Below are positions 55,217 to 64,000 of a stretch of DNA of 64,000 bases, one piece after another. Position 1 is the stretch's first letter. Each line of letters begins with the position of its first letter. The stretch lies in assembly GCA_964016885.1 (NCBI GenBank), contig CAXHJY010001449.1:10782-74781 (forward strand). The letters run 5' to 3'. The stretch comes from Eledone cirrhosa. Taxonomy: Eukaryota. Position numbers and translations under genes: made by a program. The notes beneath the pieces were generated by a model. It was not told where the DNA came from. It did no database searches and worked only from the letters and a program-made list of their open reading frames with translations.

Positions 55217-55914
55217 GAATGAAAATTTGAACAGGGACAGAACAGAGAGGCAGTACGATAAATGTTTATTAAATTCACGCTCAGGAGAGTGGGGGGTAGG
55301 TGAGGGACGACGTTTCGGGCATAAGCCCTTCTTCAGGTGAGAGTTCAAAAGGTGTGTAGGGGAGTGGTGGAGAGACATATAGCGAAAGGAAACGGTGCGA
55401 ATGAAAAATTAACAAATAAAGACAAAAATATAATAAATAAAAATAAAGCATGATCAAAATACAAGGAATGAGAAAATTTAAAAATAAAGGCATGATCAAA
55501 ATAACCTGAAATTAAAAGGGGGGTAAACAGGTGTGGGGTGAGTAGAGGTGGTGGCGGGTGGAGTGGGGAGAGGGAGACGGGGTGTCCGAGCGGGGAGGGC
55601 TGAAGGTGGTGTGTGTGGTTAGGTGTGCGTGTGTGTGTGTGTGTGTGTGTATGTGAAAGTGAGGGTTGGGGGAAGAACGGGGTTGCATGTTCAGGAAGGT
55701 GTGTGTGGGGGGTGTTTTTGTGGGTCGGAGGGTCTGTGCGTGTGTGAATAGGGGGGTGGGGGGAGAGGAATCAGGGGGCTGAGGGTGTAAATATGTGGTG
55801 TGAAGCACGCGTGTGTGGTTTAAGCGTGTTGTGGGTGTGGGTGGCGTGTGGATAAAAAGAATTGTTTTGGGGTGTGTGTGTGTGGGTGAGTTATATAGGT
55901 GATGGTGTAAGAGG
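55217..55914 (-). mobile_element. Non-coding 3' end/pLTR of a Penelope-like element
   Basis: C/A-rich then T-rich UTR, hammerhead-like core, AATAAA, flanked by (TA)n; no ORF. Confidence 0.55.
55306..55340 (-). ncRNA. Hammerhead-like motif lacking an adjacent stem I
   Basis: Minus strand tcac-CTGAAGA-a-gggc(ttat)gccc-GAAA-cgtcg-TC; the next bases (cctc) do not pair with tcac. Confidence 0.5.
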
Positions 55915-57343
<1,429 letters not shown>

Positions 57344-57467
57344 GTAGGAGGTGAGTTTTATTGTAGTACAATAAAGCAATGCAGATATCGGATAAGAAGC
57401 ACTCTACAGTTTGTGGGACTGGAGTATGCATAATATAAGATCAAAAGATGGTTAAAGGAGTTCAATA

Positions 57468-57538
57468 TATTTTATTATGCGCATTTCAAAAACAAACATC
57501 ATCAAACAATAATATTTGTGTTTTCATCAGATAAAACA
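57468..57538 (-). ncRNA. Type I hammerhead motif (inverted pLTR of PLE B)
   Basis: Reverse complement of 60949-61019. Confidence 0.8.
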
Positions 57539-57861
57539 GGAGAACATGATATGAAGGCTAAAAAAACACTTGTTGATAGTGCAGTTTTAAATCAACATAT
57601 GAAAAGTGGTTTTAGATTGATGTGTGATATTGGGAAAAATATTTTATTTAGAGAGGGGGGGAGAGAAAAGGATGAAAAGGGAAGGAGATGAGAGGGAGAG
57701 ATGGGTGATAGAGAGAAAGAGATAGTTTTTATAACAGAGAGGAGATATATTTTATATAGAGGGGTTGAAAGCCGTTGGAAGATACTGTATAAATTAAAAA
57801 TTTTTGAAAATTAACGAAGGGAGGATATGTGCGAGGAAAAAATATATTATATTTAGGGAGG

Positions 57862-59718
57862 ACTCCGAGGATAAATCTCAAGGATCACAAAAACAATTTT
57901 CGCACTGAACTACCTGTTAGATTAATCGCCCCCTCTAAATCTGATCTGGGGGTTGTTAGTAAAGCCATCTTGGATAGGATTATCCCACAGGTTAGTTCTA
58001 ATTGCTCTTCTTTAAACCTAAATTTATGGTTTGGTACTTCTGAAGTGATTGGCTGGTTCAACAAATTGGATAATAAAAACAAACTAAAATTTATTCAATT
58101 CGATATTGCCAGCTACTATTCCTCCATTTCGCCTTCACTTCTCAATAATGCTCTATCTTTCGCACTTAAATATTCTGACATCACCACAGATGAACTTCAC
58201 ATCATCCTCACCGCACGTAAAACCATCCTAGAGTTCAACAATGAATATTGGACCAGAGCCGATACCTCTAACAACTTCGACATCACAATGGGAGCATCCG
58301 ATTCATCCCAATTGACTGATTTAATTGGTATCTTCATTTTGAACTCTTTGAGTCGGAAAATTCCTCAACTTCGCGGTGGAATTTATCGTGACGATGGACT
58401 CTTTACTATCCTAAATTGCAATATAGTTAAACTTAATATTATTAAGAACAATATACGTAATCTCTTTAACCAACATAACCTAAAAATTGAATTTGATAAT
58501 AGTACCAAACTAGCTAATTTCTTGGATGTATCTCTTAATCTTGACACTGGCCTATATTACCCTTACCATAAAAACAATGAGAATCTTAATTATGTTAACT
58601 TTAAATCTAACCATCCTACCAATATCAAGAATGCTATAGTTAATAATATTGGAAATAGAATATCTAACATATCTTCTAATAAAAACATCTTTGATGCTAA
58701 CGCCAATTACTATAATAACGCACTTTCTAAAGCTGGCTATCCAGATAAAATCAAATATAATAAAGAAACAAATTCTAGGAAAACTTACAGTAGAATATTT
58801 AATCATAACCATTCCAATAATTTTAATAAAAGACCTAGATACAAAAACATAATCTGGTATAATGCTCCTTTCTCCATCTCTATTAATAACAATATTCCTA
58901 AATTATTTTTTAGTGCCTTAAATAAATGCTTCCCTCCCTCACATATCTATAGTAAAATATTTAACAAACACACCATTAAATTTTCGTATTCTACATCCTC
59001 CAATATTTCCAACATCATTTCTAAACACAACAACAAAATATTAAATACTAAATCTCTTCCTTCCAATATTGAATCTCATAATAACAATAATAGTACTCCT
59101 GACGTCATTGTAAACCCTAGGCTAACTTCTGTAAACCCAATTGCAACGTCAAACACAACTTCGCTAAATGTTCATAATCCAACTCTAAATCAAGAAACTA
59201 TTATTCCTATTATTCCTATCGCAAACAACTTCTCCAATCCAATTCCTTCTATAGATAACACTAGATCACTCATTAATAATCTCTCTAATTGCAACTGCCG
59301 CATTAAAAATAAATGTCCTCTCAACAACCATTGCCTCGATAAAAACTTAATTTATGAATGTAAAATTATAACTAGCACCAACTCCTTCACCTATTTTGGC
59401 TCCACTTCCACCTCTTTTAAAGCTCGTCTCTATAATCATCATTCATCTTTCAAATACAAACTTAAAAGAACTAACACTGCTCTCTCAGAACTCATATGGT
59501 CCTTAAAAGACAAAAACATTAAATATAACATCTTTTGGAAAAAGATTTCTTCTGCATCCTCGTACTTGAACAGTTCTCTATCTAAAATCTGTAATCTCTG
59601 CCTAAATGAAAAATTTACCATTATCTCTAACCTAGAATCCATAATAAATAGACGCTCGGATTTGTTTTCCATCTGCCTCCATAAATTCCATAGAACTTTT
59701 CACAAAGTATACAGTTAA
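57862..59718 (+). CDS. PLE RT + GIY-YIG endonuclease, open frame lacking about 180 N-terminal residues
   Basis: Begins TPRINLKDHK (RPHFNLKDHK in PLE A); QFDIASYYSSI, DITMGASDSSQLTDLIG, GIYRDD, NFLDV, CNCRIKNKCPLNNHC, NLIYEC...YFGSTSTSFKARLYNH, CNLCLNEK. The tracked start at 57829 lies in the inverted arm. Confidence 0.88.
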   Translation, partial: TPRINLKDHKNNFRTELPVRLIAPSKSDLGVVSKAILDRIIPQVSSNCSSLNLNLWFGTSEVIGWFNKLDNKNKLKFIQFDIASYYSSISPSLLNNALSFALKYSDITTDELHIILTARKTILEFNNEYWTRADTSNNFDITMGASDSSQLTDLIGIFILNSLSRKIPQLRGGIYRDDGLFTILNCNIVKLNIIKNNIRNLFNQHNLKIEFDNSTKLANFLDVSLNLDTGLYYPYHKNNENLNYVNFKSNHPTNIKNAIVNNIGNRISNISSNKNIFDANANYYNNALSKAGYPDKIKYNKETNSRKTYSRIFNHNHSNNFNKRPRYKNIIWYNAPFSISINNNIPKLFFSALNKCFPPSHIYSKIFNKHTIKFSYSTSSNISNIISKHNNKILNTKSLPSNIESHNNNNSTPDVIVNPRLTSVNPIATSNTTSLNVHNPTLNQETIIPIIPIANNFSNPIPSIDNTRSLINNLSNCNCRIKNKCPLNNHCLDKNLIYECKIITSTNSFTYFGSTSTSFKARLYNHHSSFKYKLKRTNTALSELIWSLKDKNIKYNIFWKKISSASSYLNSSLSKICNLCLNEKFTIISNLESIINRRSDLFSICLHKFHRTFHKVYS

Positions 59719-59773
59719 TATTCAATTCTTTATCAATTTAGAATCTTTTCTCAAAGGCACATATACATACACC

Positions 59774-60840
59774 TCTTTAAAATATACCCATCTACCTTAC
59801 TTTAAAGGGCATTATACACTCTATAGTACTCGTTTATTCATTTACCTCATTCTATCTTCTCGTAAAACAATAACATTTGTTTTTGACATTTTGAATATTC
59901 ATCTGCAATCATTATTATTTTTTTTCCCTCTATCATAAATCTTTTTAATCTCAATTTCATCCTTAATTTATTATTATATATTTTTTTTAATATATACTCA
60001 TATATTCTTTAAAATATACCCATCTACCTTACTTTAAAGGGCATTATACACTCTATAATACCCGTTTACTCATCACCCTCATTATATCTCTTCGTAAAAC
60101 AATAACATTTGTTTTTGACATTTTGAGTATTCATCCGCAATCATTATTATTTTTTCTCTCTATCATAAATCTTTTTAATCTCAATTTCATCCTTAATTTA
60201 TTATTATTATTTTTTTCTCCCCATCAACGAACTCATTATTAATACATATGAATTCAATATAAAAACTTTAACTTCACATTATTTTTCTCAAATTCTATAC
60301 ATAAACATTTTCTCTTTACTAATTTTAAGATTCCTACATTTCTCCTTTTGAATATTCACCCACATTTATTTTTTTTCTCTCTATCTCCATACATAATCTC
60401 CCTTCGTTATTTTTTTCTCTCTATCTCCATACATAATTTCCCTTCGTTAATTTTCAAATTCCTTTAATTTATACATTATCTTCCAACGGTTCCCAACCTC
60501 TCTATATTAAAACATTATATCTTTTTCTCAGTTATAAAAACTATCTTTCTCTCTATCACCCATCTCTCCCTTTCCACCTTCACTCTCATCTCCTCCCCTT
60601 TTTTTTCATCCTTTCCACCCCCACCCCTCCCTAAATATAATATATTTTTTCCTCGCACATATCCTCCCTTCGTTAATTTTCAAAAATTTTTAATTTATAC
60701 AGTATCTTCCAACGGCTTTCAACCCCTCTATATAAAATATATCTCCTCTCTGTTATAAAAACTATCTCTTTCTCTCTATCACCCATCTCTCCCTCTCATC
60801 TCCTTCCCTTTTCATCCTTTTCTCTCCCCCCCTCTCTAAA
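59774..60840 (+). repeat. ~230-bp tandem duplications in the PLE B 3' UTR
   Basis: tctttaaaatatacccatctacc... at ~59774 and ~60006; tcccttcgttaattttcaaa...tcttccaacgg... at ~60439 and ~60665; 42-bp doublet at 60366-60450. Confidence 0.88.
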
Positions 60841-60948
60841 TAAAATATTTTTCCCAATATCACACATCAATCTAAAACCACTTTTCATATGTTGATTTAA
60901 AACTGCACTATCAACAAGTGTTTTTTTAGCCTTCATATCATGTTCTCC

Positions 60949-61019
60949 TGTTTTATCTGATGAAAACACAAATATTATTGTTTGATGATGTTTGTTTTTG
61001 AAATGCGCATAATAAAATA
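60949..61019 (+). ncRNA. Type I hammerhead ribozyme motif (3' pLTR of PLE B)
   Basis: tgttttat-CTGATGA-aaacacaaatattat(tgtttg)atgatgtttgttttt-GAAA-tgcgca-TA-ataaaata; palindromic stem III, AUA triplet. Confidence 0.82.
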
Positions 61020-61054
61020 TATTGAACTCCTTTAACCATCTTTTGATCTTATAT

Positions 61055-64000
<2,946 letters not shown>

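Larger units (their letters stand above)
57345..61056 (+). mobile_element. Penelope-like element B (probably Hydra clade), 5'-truncated, with inverted pLTRs
   Basis: ~430-bp inverted repeat 57430-57861 / 60626-61056; 86-bp left extension; (TA)n on both sides. Confidence 0.93.

Overview
Eukaryotic, very AT-rich, repeat-dominated DNA. No host protein-coding gene, rRNA, tRNA gene or CRISPR array is recognisable; the SINE and (TA)n landscape suggests an octopus-like cephalopod (inference). 1-12 kb holds old SINEs, hAT and piggyBac-type MITEs, RTE scraps and a decayed Tigger/pogo transposase. 12-29 kb is a ~17-kb array of a 53-bp unit with a ~5.6-kb higher-order duplication. 30-64 kb is a (TA)n field hit repeatedly by mobile elements: a dead RTE LINE with a PHD finger inside its RT, a 5'-truncated CR1-group LINE, a Rep-less Helitron, a SINE with an RTE-derived tail, three coding Penelope-like elements (PLEs, one with an intact 820-aa RT+GIY-YIG ORF) and three non-coding PLE remnants. 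The main signal is RNA: six distinct type I hammerhead or hammerhead-like motifs (eight copies), all folded by eye. They include one with a ~115-nt stem II, two lacking the usual stem II closing pair, and a U3-A8 core variant in the loop of a 235-bp fold-back mini-element. The many YI/MY-rich ORFs are microsatellite artefacts.
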